From: Eledone cirrhosa
Lineage: Eukaryota
Direction of reading: 5' to 3'
Length of the DNA stretch: 64,000 bases
Assembly (NCBI GenBank): GCA_964016885.1
Contig: OZ024743.1
Location: 348,192,001 to 348,256,000 of the forward strand
Part shown: piece after piece, positions 45,008 to 58,930 of the stretch
Layout: each line of letters begins with the position of its first letter
How positions within the stretch are numbered: position 1 is the stretch's first letter
The notes under the pieces: model-generated
Seen by the model: the letters and a program-made list of their open reading frames with translations, nothing else
Database searches by the model: none
What the model was told of the DNA's origin: nothing
Translations under genes and position numbers: made by a program

Positions 45008-47264
45008 ATGGAATTCTTTAGCATTTCTTTAGATTTTCTATAAAAGATGTACCCTTACCTAAAAATAAGGAATATCTAAAACAACTCATAGAGAAATCTG
45101 ACTCCTTTATACGAAGACTTAGATGGCGTGCTTTCCATTTTAATAAAAAAATCGGAGCACAAAATAAATACATCCAGTTACAACTTCGAGCTTATCTTCA
45201 AATCTAAGAAGAATTCATCTAGCAACAAACTACAGCGGAATTTGAAAATGAAGTAATCTCTATTATACAAAACATTAAATTCAAAAGAAACCAATTTATC
45301 GGCCATGGTTACCTTAAAGGCCTCAAGAATAAAATAGACAATCTAGAAAAAAACAAAGAGGATCCTAGTAAAATTTGACAAAACAAATAATTCATATGGT
45401 ATGGAAAAGGACGAATATAATAACCGTATATTGAAAGAAATCAGGAAAAACTACAAAATAACATCAAATGAAGATCTTTCAACGTTAAATAGGGAAGATT
45501 CGGAAATTATTTATAAATTAGGCATTCAAAATAGGACCGAAACCTTTATACCTAGAACACCGAAGATTAACCTGAAGGAACACAAAATAATTTTTGAAAT
45601 TGAACTACCAGTCAGACTCATCGCACCATCTAAATCGGACTTAGGCATAATTAGCAAGCATATATTAGATAGAATTATACCACTACTTAAAGAAAATTCA
45701 CACCTTAAACTATGGAACGGTACTAATGAAGTTATAGATTGGTTTAATAATATTAAATTAAAAAATAACAAACATTTCATTCAAATGGATATTGCGAATT
45801 ACCACTCCTCTATTAACCCTAGCTTACTTAATAAGGCACTTATCTACGCGTCTAAACATACAGACCTATCTAGTGAAGAAATGAATATAATTCTAACAGC
45901 ACGTAAAACACTAATAGAATTTAATAATCATCTCTGGACAAGAGCCGACAGAAAAAACAATTTTGATATCACTATGGGATCATCTGACTCGGCGCAAGTA
46001 ACGGACCTCGTTGGATTATTTATTAATAATGTACTGCATAGGAAAATGCCAGAGATGACCGGAGGTTTATATCGCGACGATATGTTACTTTTAATTGAAA
46101 ATCATAGCAATAGTGAAATTAATAGGAAAAGGAAATCCATAATACAATTTTTCAACAACTACAACCTTAATTTAGAAATCGAGAATAATTACAAAATCCT
46201 TAACTTCTTAGATGTAACCTTAAATCTTAGCACAGATCTTTACTATGCATTCCAGAAAATTAACGAAAATCTAAATTACGTAAGTTTCAATTCTAATCAT
46301 CCTAGAAATATTAAAAACTCTATTGTCAATAGCGTCCAACAATGGATTTCACGCATCTCTGCTAATAAAAATATATTTTATGATAAGGCAGAATATTACA
46401 TTGAAGCTTTACATAGAGCAGGATACTGGAATAAAATTAAATACATAGATAACAATAACATGAAAAATCATCGTAGAATTAATTATAATAATAATAAACA
46501 ATTTTACTCAAACATTAAACCAAACAAAAAAACTAGAACTAAAATATTATTTGGTACTCTCCCCCATTCTCATTAAGCGTTAAAACACCTTTAGCAAAGC
46601 TATTCTTTAAAGCACTAGATAAATGTTTTCCTAAAGCCCACAGATACCACTCTATTTTTTAACAGACACACTATAAAACTATCCTACTCTACTACTATGA
46701 ACATGGCCCAAAATAGAATAAATAATAGAAACTTAAATTTAAACCCTAACCAAACTAACCAAGATAGCAATAATAATATTTCTAACAACAATATTCAGAT
46801 TAATAGTACCGTTCCGAACAACAACAACTCGAGAAAATGTAATTGTAGAATTAAATCAAACTGCCTTTACAAAATAATTGCTTAGACAAAAACGTATTTT
46901 ATAAATGCACAGTTAAAACTAGAGACAACGTATTTAACTATATTGGTGCCACTTTTACAAAATTCAAAGAACGCTGGAATAACCATAAACACACATTTAA
47001 TAGATCCGATAAAAAATCTTCCACTTCACTTTCACATTTAATTTGGAACTAAAAAGACAACAATATAGACTATTCAATATCTTGGGGAACGATTTCGAAG
47101 CACCTGCATACCGAAATATGGCTTTCTCAAGATTATGTAACTTGTCTATCGGGGAAATGTTTTATATTATTAACTGTCAAAACTCTATAAATCTTAAAAC
47201 AGAATTATTTTCTAATTGCAGACATCGCCAAAATTCCACTTTCAGAGGTATTTTTAATTTATGA
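45008..47264 (+). pseudogene. Penelope-like RT + GIY-YIG polyprotein, frameshifted
   Basis: FSIKDVPLP...YLKQLIEKSDSFIRRLRWRAFHF; DKTNN; PVRLI; QMDI; FDITMGS.DSAQVTDLVG; GLYRDD; NFLDVTLNL; SNHP; CNCRIKSNC; YIGAT; NCRH. Confidence 0.9.
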
Positions 47265-48408
47265 TATTCATTACACTTGACTATATATTATACACCTTCA
47301 AAATGATCCTATTTTCTTTAAAAAATATAATTTTTTTAAATGATCTTCCTTCTTTATTTTTTTTTTATATTTTCTACTATTTTTACCATTTGATATTCAT
47401 TTTTTATTATTTTAATATATCTTTTTACTATTTTTACATTTTGACATTATTTTCTTAATGATAACCCTCTATATGTAGATTGATAATCTTTAATTGACAT
47501 TCTGAAAGTTTATCCTCTTTACGATAATTCTTCGAAATGCACATTACTTTTTTCCCCTTCTTTTGATCTTCAAACTTCCACACAATTTTCTACTAAAATA
47601 ATATATAGTTGAAATTAATCTCACACAAAATAATATATAATTTTCTCTATATATTTTCTGAGTAAATCATTCATCAAATTTAACGGTTAACAAACAAGAT
47701 TGGAGTTGTCTTTCCCTTTTCAATCGTGCAAACATAAACATTATATTATAATATAATATGTATGATAAACTATATAACTTCGCTAAATTAACAATATTCT
47801 GAAAACATTTTCAATTGAATCTACAAATTGTTCTCTTACAACTTGAACTACGGGTTTTTTTTATGTAAAATGCAAAATCAACTTCCTTCGTAACTCATAT
47901 TAGAAATGTAAACTAATAATTGTAAATTACTTCTATTTCTATAATACTTATACATACACAATTATTAATCTATATAGATATTTATATACTTACACCCTAT
48001 TGTAATGTAATAAGATAACATCTACTTACAACCATAATTCTTCATATAATCTAATTAATTATATATACAATATATATATACTCATAATATAGCTAAAGAG
48101 ATTTAAATTATGGAATCATATTCCATCATTCCCGAAAATTGTTAACTCCTTTTAAATTAACGTAAATATAAGCTCTTCTTTCTTTTTTTCTTCTTCCCAC
48201 ACATAAATACATGTATCCTAATTATTTAAATTCTTCATAGCGTATAAAGTAACGTTTTTTCAGCCCTATACCTCAACCTAATTTGCATATTAATCTTAAT
48301 AATTTGAAATATCTGACTTTTCTTCTCTTTTCCTTCACTATCCAAGAACAACTTGAACCGTTAACGTATCTTTTCTTTTTTATGTCAAAATTTATAAAAC
48401 CAACTTTG

Positions 48409-48469
48409 TATTTTATCTGATGAAAGCTTACCAAAGTTTTGGTACCCTTGAAATATATATACTAGAATA
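48409..48469 (+). ncRNA. Hammerhead motif in the 3' pLTR (paralogue of 44756-44816; a third, inverted, degenerate copy lies at 43692-43751)
   Basis: CTGATGA at 48417 and GAAA at 48450, with the same stems. Confidence 0.7.
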
Positions 48470-48578
48470 AATATGGTTTTATACATATAGTTTCCATTTA
48501 TTTAATATCATTGCATACATATATATATGTATATATATATGTATACACACGCACACACACACACGCACACACACACAC

Positions 48579-48663
<85 letters not shown>

Positions 48664-48677
48664 AATATATATATATA

Positions 48678-48779
<102 letters not shown>

Positions 48780-48978
48780 ATGTAGATAAATCTACCAAGA
48801 GTTTACGGTAGTGTCCAATCCGTATGAAGAACTCAATGTAGTCCGGATATCATGGAAAGAAGAGATGCAATGAAAAATCACTTTCGGTGAAAGATAAACG
48901 GAATACAGAGTCAAGATAAAATATTAAAAAAATAATGAATAAAACAATGAAACAGTTCCTTATATTAAACAAAAAAAG

Positions 48979-49133
48979 TTCATTATTTAACGATCGTTTC
49001 TAGGATATATATGTGTTAGAATTGGCATGCATATTCAACAGATCTATGTACAAAATTATACAAAATTATACAAACTATCAAGATTAAATATACATACCAA
49101 ACACACATATATGCCGTCTTCAGAAATAATGAA
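48979..49133 (-). ncRNA. Type-I hammerhead motif with very long stem II (left arm copy)
   Basis: Reverse complement of 58243-58397. Confidence 0.7.
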
Positions 49134-49744
49134 ATATATTTATTGATAATAACAACAATTCAAAATTTCAGGTCCGTTTGGGAACGGAGTTCAAATTGAC
49201 CAATGAAAATACAAAAAATTTTATGCAGTTTGGTGTGTGTATATACATGTAATTAACTTCGTACACATATTTATACAAAGATATATGCTCACATGCATAC
49301 GCATGCCAAAAAGATGTATGCAAATACAAAAATTCAAGGCTAATGTCTCTGTAAGTTTATAATCCACAGATAAAATGCGTATAGACACATAAATATGAAA
49401 TAAATGTATACACAGATTCACATACTCACACATATCCGTACACTCACACACACACGCGCGTATATGCATAAACATACACATAACTACGAACATACATACA
49501 CACACACACCCCCACACACATATATATGTGGATATAGTATTATCATAAGCATATGGACATTAATGCACGCACATAAACACTGCCACACACATTTAGATCA
49601 AGATACAGAAATTAGGTGGGAGGGGGGGAGAGGTCAGTATTCAACGGTTTCGGCAGACTGCTTATTTATAGATGTATCTATAAACTTAGAAATAAAAAGA
49701 AAAGAAAAGAAAAAGAAAAAAGAAAAAAGAAATATATCAATAAA

Positions 49745-49783
<39 letters not shown>

Positions 49784-50066
49784 CATCTACACATACAACA
49801 CACACACACACACATATATAAACATATACATATATATATACACATACATACACACATACACATATATATACACACATATATACACATATATACACACACA
49901 CATATATATACACACACATATATATATATACACGCACATATACATACACACACATATATATATATATACAAACAAGCAAAATATAAAGTATACATCGATA
50001 TACATACATATAGACATATAAATAAATACACACGCATACACACACATACATATACATACATACACA

Positions 50067-50675
50067 TGGTGGCTGCCAACTCGTTTTCGAGTACGGCCAC
50101 TACTTTATATCCATGTAGGAGAACCCCTACTGATGCGCTGAAAGAGTGTGACTTTTCAGTCCAGCCAGCGACTGGTACAAACACTGGTACAAACACTACA
50201 CCTGTGACAATTATTGACACATAGTGCTGGGCCCATGGTACCATGTGACGACAAGTGCAGAGAGATCTCCAGATATAAAGCAATGCCTGTGCCGTGAAGC
50301 TTTTATAGTGAGCAAAGGCACTGCACAAAGCCAGTCCCACTCTCTTAACCAAGATGATATTTACCAAAAAGAAGAACAAGTCTACATCATTGGATACCAT
50401 CAGAGTTGCAGGTGTTATATCAGAGTTTTCCCTCTCCTAGAATTCTGCCCTGACAAAGGCTAAGGGGTCATCTATCCCGGTGATTTTGGATGGCCATTGA
50501 CTCTTAAGAGCTCCTTTGCCCTTTGACAGGTTTTGTTTTTAGTCCTGCAGGATGTCCAAAGTCACCCTCCTCACCAAGAAACCTTGGTGGGGTTGCCAGT
50601 TTAGTCGCCAACGACCCGACCATGAGACAGGTTGTACTGGGATACATGTTACCAGTAGCACCAACTGGTGACCTG
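50067..50675 (-). mobile_element. ~0.6-kb secondary insertion related to RTE 5' UTR (putative non-autonomous RTE derivative)
   Basis: Absent from the right arm (empty site ~57310). The minus-strand GGTGAGGAGGGTGACTTTGGACATCCTGCAGGACTAAAAACAAAACCTGTCAAAGG resembles 25685-25740, upstream of the RTE remnant. Confidence 0.65.
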
Positions 50676-50829
50676 ACATATACATACACATATATATAAA
50701 CACATACATATACATACATATACATACACATACCATATAAATACACATACACATACACAGACGCATACATATAGAGACACATACATATACACATATAAAT
50801 ACATAGACACATACATACATAAACACATA

Positions 50830-50878
<49 letters not shown>

Positions 50879-51087
50879 ACCCACATATACACAGACACGC
50901 ATACATACATATATATATATATATATATACATATATACACACATATACACATATATATATATATATATATACATACATATATATACACATATACATATAC
51001 ACACGCATACACATATATATATATACACTCACAACACTCGTATATATATACACACACTCATACATATACACACATATACACATACAT

Positions 51088-51140
<53 letters not shown>

Positions 51141-51325
51141 CATATATATACAGTCACATCTACATACATATATATATACATATATATAAAAAAATACACT
51201 CATATATATACACACATACACATACATACCCACATATAAATATATATATATACATAAATATATATACACACATACACACACACACACATACATACATATA
51301 TATATATATATACATACACACATAT

Positions 51326-51374
<49 letters not shown>

Positions 51375-51436
51375 TATACATATATACATATATACACATA
51401 TATACACATACATACACACATACACACATACATATA

Positions 51437-51524
51437 TAGTCACACACACACACCTACACATACATATACATACACATATATAAAGATATATATACACACA
51501 TACACACACACACATATATAATAA

Positions 51525-51555
<31 letters not shown>

Positions 51556-51869
51556 TATACATATACATACTCATATACATACATACATACACATACATAC
51601 ATAAATATACACACATATACATACAGACATACATACATACATACACACACACATACATACACACACATACATACTTATACATAGACATATATATATATTC
51701 ACACACACATACGCACTTACATATACGCATATATACAAATACATACGCATCCATATATCCGTATATACATACAAACACCACTACACTCTCACACAACTCA
51801 GACATACAAAGAAAAAGGTATATACATATACACATATACGCATATAAATAGAGATACATATACACATAC

Positions 51870-51924
<55 letters not shown>

Positions 51925-52440
51925 CACATAGGTACACACACATACATATACATACATACACATATACACACATACATATATAGTCACACACACACACACA
52001 CCTACACATACATACACATACACATATATAAAGATATATATACACACATACACACACATATATATATATATATACATATATATATACATATACATACATA
52101 TATACATACATACATACATACACATACATACATACATATACACACATATATATACACACATACACACATACATACATACACACACACATACATACACACA
52201 CATACATACTCATACATAGACATAGATATATATTCACACACACATACGCACTTACATATACGCATATATACAAATACATACGCATCCATATATGCGTATA
52301 TACATACAAACACCACTACACTCTCACACAACTCAGACATACAAAGAAAAAGGTATATACATATACATATATACACACATAAATAGAGATACATATACAC
52401 ATATATATATATATATACATACATATATATATATACCCAC
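51437..52440. repeat. ~540-bp tandem duplication within the left arm
   Basis: The marker CTACACTCTCACACAACTCAGACATACAAAGAAAAAGG occurs at ~51781 and ~52316 but only once in the right arm (~56190-56225). Confidence 0.85.
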
Positions 52441-52894
52441 ACACACATACAACCATAAACACACATACAAACACATACATACACACATATATACATATAT
52501 ATACACACACACAAAGACACACATACACATATATATTTACACATATATATATATATATATATACACACTCTCACATATATATATATACACATAAGTTATG
52601 TTATAATAATAAATAATATATATATATACACATACAAATATATATATACATAGACATACATATATATATATACACACACACACACACTCACATATATATG
52701 TGCGCACACGTACACATATACACATACACACATATACACATAAACATATACATGTGCATACATGTACATACACACATATACCCACATAGATACGAAGATA
52801 CAATATATATAGAGAGACATACATATACATACACATATATATACACACATACATACACACATATATATATACACACACATACACGCCCACACAC

Positions 52895-52946
<52 letters not shown>

Positions 52947-52950
52947 GCAT

Positions 52951-52987
<37 letters not shown>

Positions 52988-54181
52988 ATCATACATCCTT
53001 ATTTGCATGCGCATATATGTATTTTTATACTCAGATATAAACACCCAAACATACATACACCTACCCACATATATATATTCATACATACACGCTTACAAAT
53101 ACAGATAATAATAGTATAATAGTATAATAATAATATTATAGTAAATATATGTTTCAAGAAACATAGAATATTAATCTGTATTTGGATCTCAATATATGTT
53201 TTTACATAGTTTCAGTGTTAGGAAATGCAAGAAATAAGGCAAAATTATGCATTTCAATATAAGTATACCATTAATTATACGTTAACTAAACTAAAGATAG
53301 TTAACATATTGATTTCTAAGGTGTAAATTAGTTAGGTTTATAATATTTGAAGCAGAATTTTGAAGTTAAATAGTAGTAGAGTATTAATTATAGTATAACT
53401 AAATTAAAATTATTAACGTTATGGTATCAATATTAGGAAATGAATTTAGTAATAGGGAAAAAACAAATAAAGTATTACATCGGTAGTAGAATATAAATTA
53501 TAGGTTAACTAAATTAAAAATTATATATTAATTTCTATAGTATATGTTAATTAGGTATATAATAAATAAAACAGATATTGTATTTTATCAATAGCAGAAT
53601 ATAATTATATGTAAACAGAAATCAAAATTAATACATATACATATACATATACATACATATATATATATACACATATATATACATACATACACATACATAT
53701 ATATACATACATATACATATTTTTTCAAAAATTGCAAAGAATATATTAACTAGGTATACATCCAAAACACATCCCATTCTATGATTACATGACACTCTGC
53801 AATCCGTCTGTATTAGGATACTAATTTTAAGCCAATTAAATTAAATTTTTAGGTTGACTAAATTAAAAACCAAATTATAAATATATTTCTAAAATGTATA
53901 TTAATTAGGTCTATAATACTAAAAATTATTTCTCTGTCATTGAATACACGATATTTTGTTATATTTTATCTGTAAAGGAATTTTAATAAAGGGTTAAATA
54001 AATTAAAATTAATCTATAAATTAAATTACTAAGTATATATTAGTAATATTTAAAGGTTTTTCACAATTTATGATTACACAATATTTTATATTCTCATCTG
54101 TAGTAGAATTTTAATTAAATTAAATTTATAGGTTAACTAACATTTAAATTAAATTATATATTAATTTCTAGAATAATGTTA

Positions 54182-55420
54182 TTAATTAGGTTTATAATAT
54201 TTAAATGTTTTTTTTAGTTTATGATTACACGATATAATTAATTCCTGTCGTTTATTTAATAGGATATCCTTAGATTTCATTATTTCAAATAGTTCTTGGG
54301 AACATAATCTACATTCATTTCTATTATTTTGATAAGGGGTGGCTCTTTTGAGCACACTCCAGGTCAAATCATATTCTATATTCTTATTTTTATAACTATT
54401 GATTTTTTCTGCTAGAGATGTTGTATTAGCCAGTGCGGCATTTTTAAAACTATGCTTGTGGGTATTAAACCTTGTCTTAAAATTGTTAGAAGTAGCTCCT
54501 ATATATGAGCAAATAGAATCTTTAGTTTTAACATTACATTTATAGACTATGTTGTTAACAAGACAATTCCCTTTTAATGGGCAGTTTGCTTTGTTTCTAC
54601 AGTTACAACCTTTCGTTAATTCTGTATTTGAGGAGATATTATGGTTAGTTTGATGTATTGGTGGTATACTTATGGTTTTCTTACATTTATATGCATTATA
54701 GGCACTTATATTTTGTTTTATGTTATTTGTTGTTGAGTATGAGAATTTAACTGTAGACCTATTTAAGATGTGATGGTATTTGTGGTTTGGCGGGAAGTTT
54801 TTCTCTAGGATATAACAAAATTTTTTAGCAATATTATCCTTAATTTGTAAATTAAATGGAGCATTATACCAAGTAACCCGTCTATTACGGTTTCTATGTT
54901 GTTTATTATTTTTATTATTTTTATAGGTTGTATCGTGATGTTTACTAGGAGGATTAATGTTAATGATCTCACCACAACCATTTTTAGTTATATTTGTAGA
55001 TTTAGGTGTTTTATCTTTTTTATTAGGAGTTTTATTATTAATATTTATTAGAGTTGTATGATGAGTAGTTTTTTGAGAGTTACTATATTTTATATTAGAA
55101 GATTTGGTATTTTGGGGTATAGTGTGGGTGGCATTTAGGTGTGTACTTTTCATTTGGTGTTTGTTGGTAATATTAGGTTGTATGTTTTTAGTATTTTTAG
55201 TAGAAGGTATATATTCTAATCTATTTTTGTGGCCACTTCTATCTAGAGCTTCGTTATAGAAGGTCGCATTTTTATCAAATACATCTTGGTTAGAAGAAAG
55301 GTTAGAAATTCTAAGTGATATATTATATGCAAGGTTTTTAAGGATAGATTTAGGGTGATTAGATTGTGAGTGTATGTAATGTAAGTTTTGGTTTGGTTTA
55401 TGGTAAGGTTGGTAGATACC
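54182..55420 (-). CDS. Penelope-like RT thumb + linker + GIY-YIG endonuclease (5'-truncated, no internal stop)
   Basis: The frame stays open upstream of the listed Met: [28 protein letters not shown]...RISNLSS...[11 protein letters not shown]. It continues [56 protein letters not shown]. Confidence 0.88.
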   Translation of the reverse strand, partial: GIYQPYHKPNQNLHYIHSQSNHPKSILKNLAYNISLRISNLSSNQDVFDKNATFYNEALDRSGHKNRLEYIPSTKNTKNIQPNITNKHQMKSTHLNATHTIPQNTKSSNIKYSNSQKTTHHTTLININNKTPNKKDKTPKSTNITKNGCGEIININPPSKHHDTTYKNNKNNKQHRNRNRRVTWYNAPFNLQIKDNIAKKFCYILEKNFPPNHKYHHILNRSTVKFSYSTTNNIKQNISAYNAYKCKKTISIPPIHQTNHNISSNTELTKGCNCRNKANCPLKGNCLVNNIVYKCNVKTKDSICSYIGATSNNFKTRFNTHKHSFKNAALANTTSLAEKINSYKNKNIEYDLTWSVLKRATPYQNNRNECRLCSQELFEIMKSKDILLNKRQELIISCNHKLKKTFKYYKPN

Positions 55421-55552
55421 CCTGCAACGAGAAGACCCTGAGAAAGGAAAAAAAACCCTCCTTCCGAAAGCGGCTCCACAGCTACCAGCAACAGGACAAG
55501 CGGCTCTGAGTATAAAAATACATATATGCGCATGCGAATAAGGATGTATGAT

Positions 55553-55645
<93 letters not shown>

Positions 55646-56449
55646 GTGTGTGGGCGTGTATGTGTGTGTATATATATATGTGTGTATGTATGTGTGTATA
55701 TATATGTGTATGTATATGTATGTCTCTCTATATATATTGTATCTTCGTATCTATGTGGGTATATGTGTGTATGTACATGTATGCACATGTATATGTTTAT
55801 GTGTATATGTGTGTATGTGTATATGTGTACGTGTGCGCACATATATATGTGAGTGTGTGTGTGTGTGTATATATATATATGTATGTCTATGTATATATAT
55901 ATTTGTATGTGTATATATATATATTATTTATTATTATAATATAACTTATGTGTATATATATATATGTGAGAGTGTGTATATATATATATATATATATATG
56001 TGTAAATATATATGTGTATGTGTGTCTTTGTGTGTGTGTATATATATGTATATATGTGTGTATGTATGTGTTTGTATGTGTGTTTATGGTTGTATGTGTG
56101 TGTGGGTATATATATATATGTATGTATATATATATATATGTGTATATGTATCTCTATTTATGTGTGTATATATGTATATGTATATACCTTTTTCTTTGTA
56201 TGTCTGAGTTGTGTGAGAGTGTAGTGGTGTTTGTATGTATATACGGATATATGGATGCGTATGTATTTGTATATATGCGTATATGTAAGTGCGTATGTGT
56301 GTGTGAATATATATCTATGTCTATGTATGAGTATGTATGTGTGTGTATGTATGTGTGTGTGTATGTATGTATGTATGTCTGTATGTATATGTGTGTATAT
56401 TTATGTATGTATGTGTATGTATGTATGTATATGAGTATGTATATGTATA

Positions 56450-56486
<37 letters not shown>

Positions 56487-56632
56487 TATATATGTGTGTG
56501 TGTGTATGTGTGTATATATATCTTTATATATGTGTATGTGTATGTATGTGTAGGTGTGTGTGTGTGACTATATATGTATGTGTGTATGTGTGTATGTATG
56601 TGTATATATGTGTATATATGTATATATGTATA

Positions 56633-56679
<47 letters not shown>

Positions 56680-56864
56680 GTCTATGTATATATATATATA
56701 TATGTATGTATGTGTGTGTGTGTGTGTGTATGTGTGTATATATATTTATGTATATATATATATTTATATGTGGGTATGTATGTGTATGTGTGTATATATA
56801 TGAGTGTATTTTTTTATATATATGTATATATATATATGTATGTAGATGTGACTGTATATATATG

Positions 56865-56900
<36 letters not shown>

Positions 56901-57063
56901 TATGTCTGTATGTATGTGTATATGTGTGTATATGTATGAGTGTGTGTATATATATACGAGTGTTGTGAGTGTATATATATATATATGTGTATGCGTGTGT
57001 ATATGTATATGTGTATATATATGTATGTATATATATATATATATATATGTGTATATGTGTGTA

Positions 57064-57103
<40 letters not shown>

Positions 57104-57126
57104 CGTGTATGTGTATATGTGGGTAA

Positions 57127-57162
<36 letters not shown>

Positions 57163-57596
57163 TATGTGTTTATGTATGTATGTGTCTATGTATTTATATG
57201 TGTATATGTATGTGTCTCTATATGTATGCGTCTGTGTATGTGTATGTGTATTTATATGGTATGTGTATGTATATGTATGTATATGTATGTGTTTATATAT
57301 ATGTGTATGTATATGTATGTATATGTATGTGTGTGTATGCTTGTGTATTTATTTATATGTCTATATGTATGTATATCGATGTATACTTTATATTTTGCTT
57401 GTTTGTATATATATATATATGTGTGTGTATGTATATGTGCGTGTATATATATATATGTGTGCGTATATATATGTGTGTGTGTATATATGTGTATATATGT
57501 GTGTATATATATGTGTATGTGTGTATGTATGTGTATATATATATGTATATGCTTATATATGTGTGTGTGTGTGTGTTGTATGTGTAGATGTATATA

Positions 57597-57634
<38 letters not shown>

Positions 57635-58242
57635 CTTGATATATTTCTTTTTTCTTTTTTCTTTTTCTTTTCTTTTCTTTTTATTTCTAAGTTTATAGAT
57701 ACATCTATAAATAAGCAGTCTGCCGAAACCGTTGAATACTGACCTCTCCCCCCCTCCCACCTAATTTCTGTATCTTGATCTAAATGTGTGTGGCAGTGTT
57801 TATGTGCGTGCATTAATGTCCATATGCTTATGATAATACTATATCCACATATATATGTGTGTGGGGGTGTGTGTGTGTATGTATGTTCGTAGTTATGTGT
57901 ATGTTTATGCATATACGCGCGTGTGTGTGTGAGTGTACGGATATGTGTGAGTATGTGAATCTGTGTATACATTTATTTCATATTTATGTGTCTATACGCA
58001 TTTTATCTGTGGATTATAAACTTACAGAGACATTAGCCTTGAATTTTTGTATTTGCATACATCTTTTTGGCATGCGTATGCATGTGAGCATATATCTTTG
58101 TATAAATATGTGTACGAAGTTAATTACATGTATATACACACACCAAACTGCATAAAATTTTTTGTATTTTCATTGGTCAATTTGAACTCCGTTCCCAAAC
58201 GGACCTGAAATTTTGAATTGTTGTTATTATCAATAAATATAT

Positions 58243-58397
58243 TTCATTATTTCTGAAGACGGCATATATGTGTGTTTGGTATGTATATTTAATCTTGATA
58301 GTTTGTATAATTTTGTAAAATTTTGTACATAGATCTGTTGAATATGCATGCCAATTCTAACACATATATATCCTAGAAACGATCGTTAAATAATGAA
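58243..58397 (+). ncRNA. Type-I hammerhead motif with ~116-nt stem II (right arm copy)
   Basis: Stem I TTCATTATTT/AAATAATGAA (10 bp); CTGAAGA at 58253; GAAA at 58376; palindromic stem III CGATCG; GUU triplet. Confidence 0.72.
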
Positions 58398-58498
58398 CTT
58401 TTTTTGTTTAATATAAGGAACTGTTTCATTGTTTTATTCATTATTTTTTTAATATGTTATATATATAAATATAGATATATATATATATATGTATATAC

Positions 58499-58680
<182 letters not shown>

Positions 58681-58711
58681 ATATATATATGCACATATAT
58701 GTGCATACCTC

Positions 58712-58851
58712 TGGATTGGCAGTATCGGGAGTGGGTCGGACGGCATGCTTTGACGCATAGAGTTACGGCCCTTGCCATTCTGATTTCAAATCCCGCCGAT
58801 GTTAACTTTAATGCACTGGGTAATTGCTGGCCTTGTGCCAAAAATAGAAAC

Positions 58852-58855
<4 letters not shown>
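58712..58855 (+). mobile_element. tRNA-derived SINE with internal deletion
   Basis: GGATTGGCAGTATCGG...TTCTGATTTCAAATCCCGCCGA...TTGCTGGCCTTGTGCCAAAA; compare 62452. Confidence 0.75.

Positions 58856-58930
<75 letters not shown>

Larger units (their letters stand above)
43555..48513 (+). mobile_element. Full-length Penelope-like (Naiad-type) element with inverted 5' pseudo-LTR, partial direct pLTR, ORF and 3' pLTR
   Basis: ~43650-44680 is the reverse complement of ~47450-48512; ~44735-44945 is the reverse complement of ~43562-43775. Hammerhead motifs occur in all three repeats. RT-GIY-YIG ORF at 45008-47260. Confidence 0.9.
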
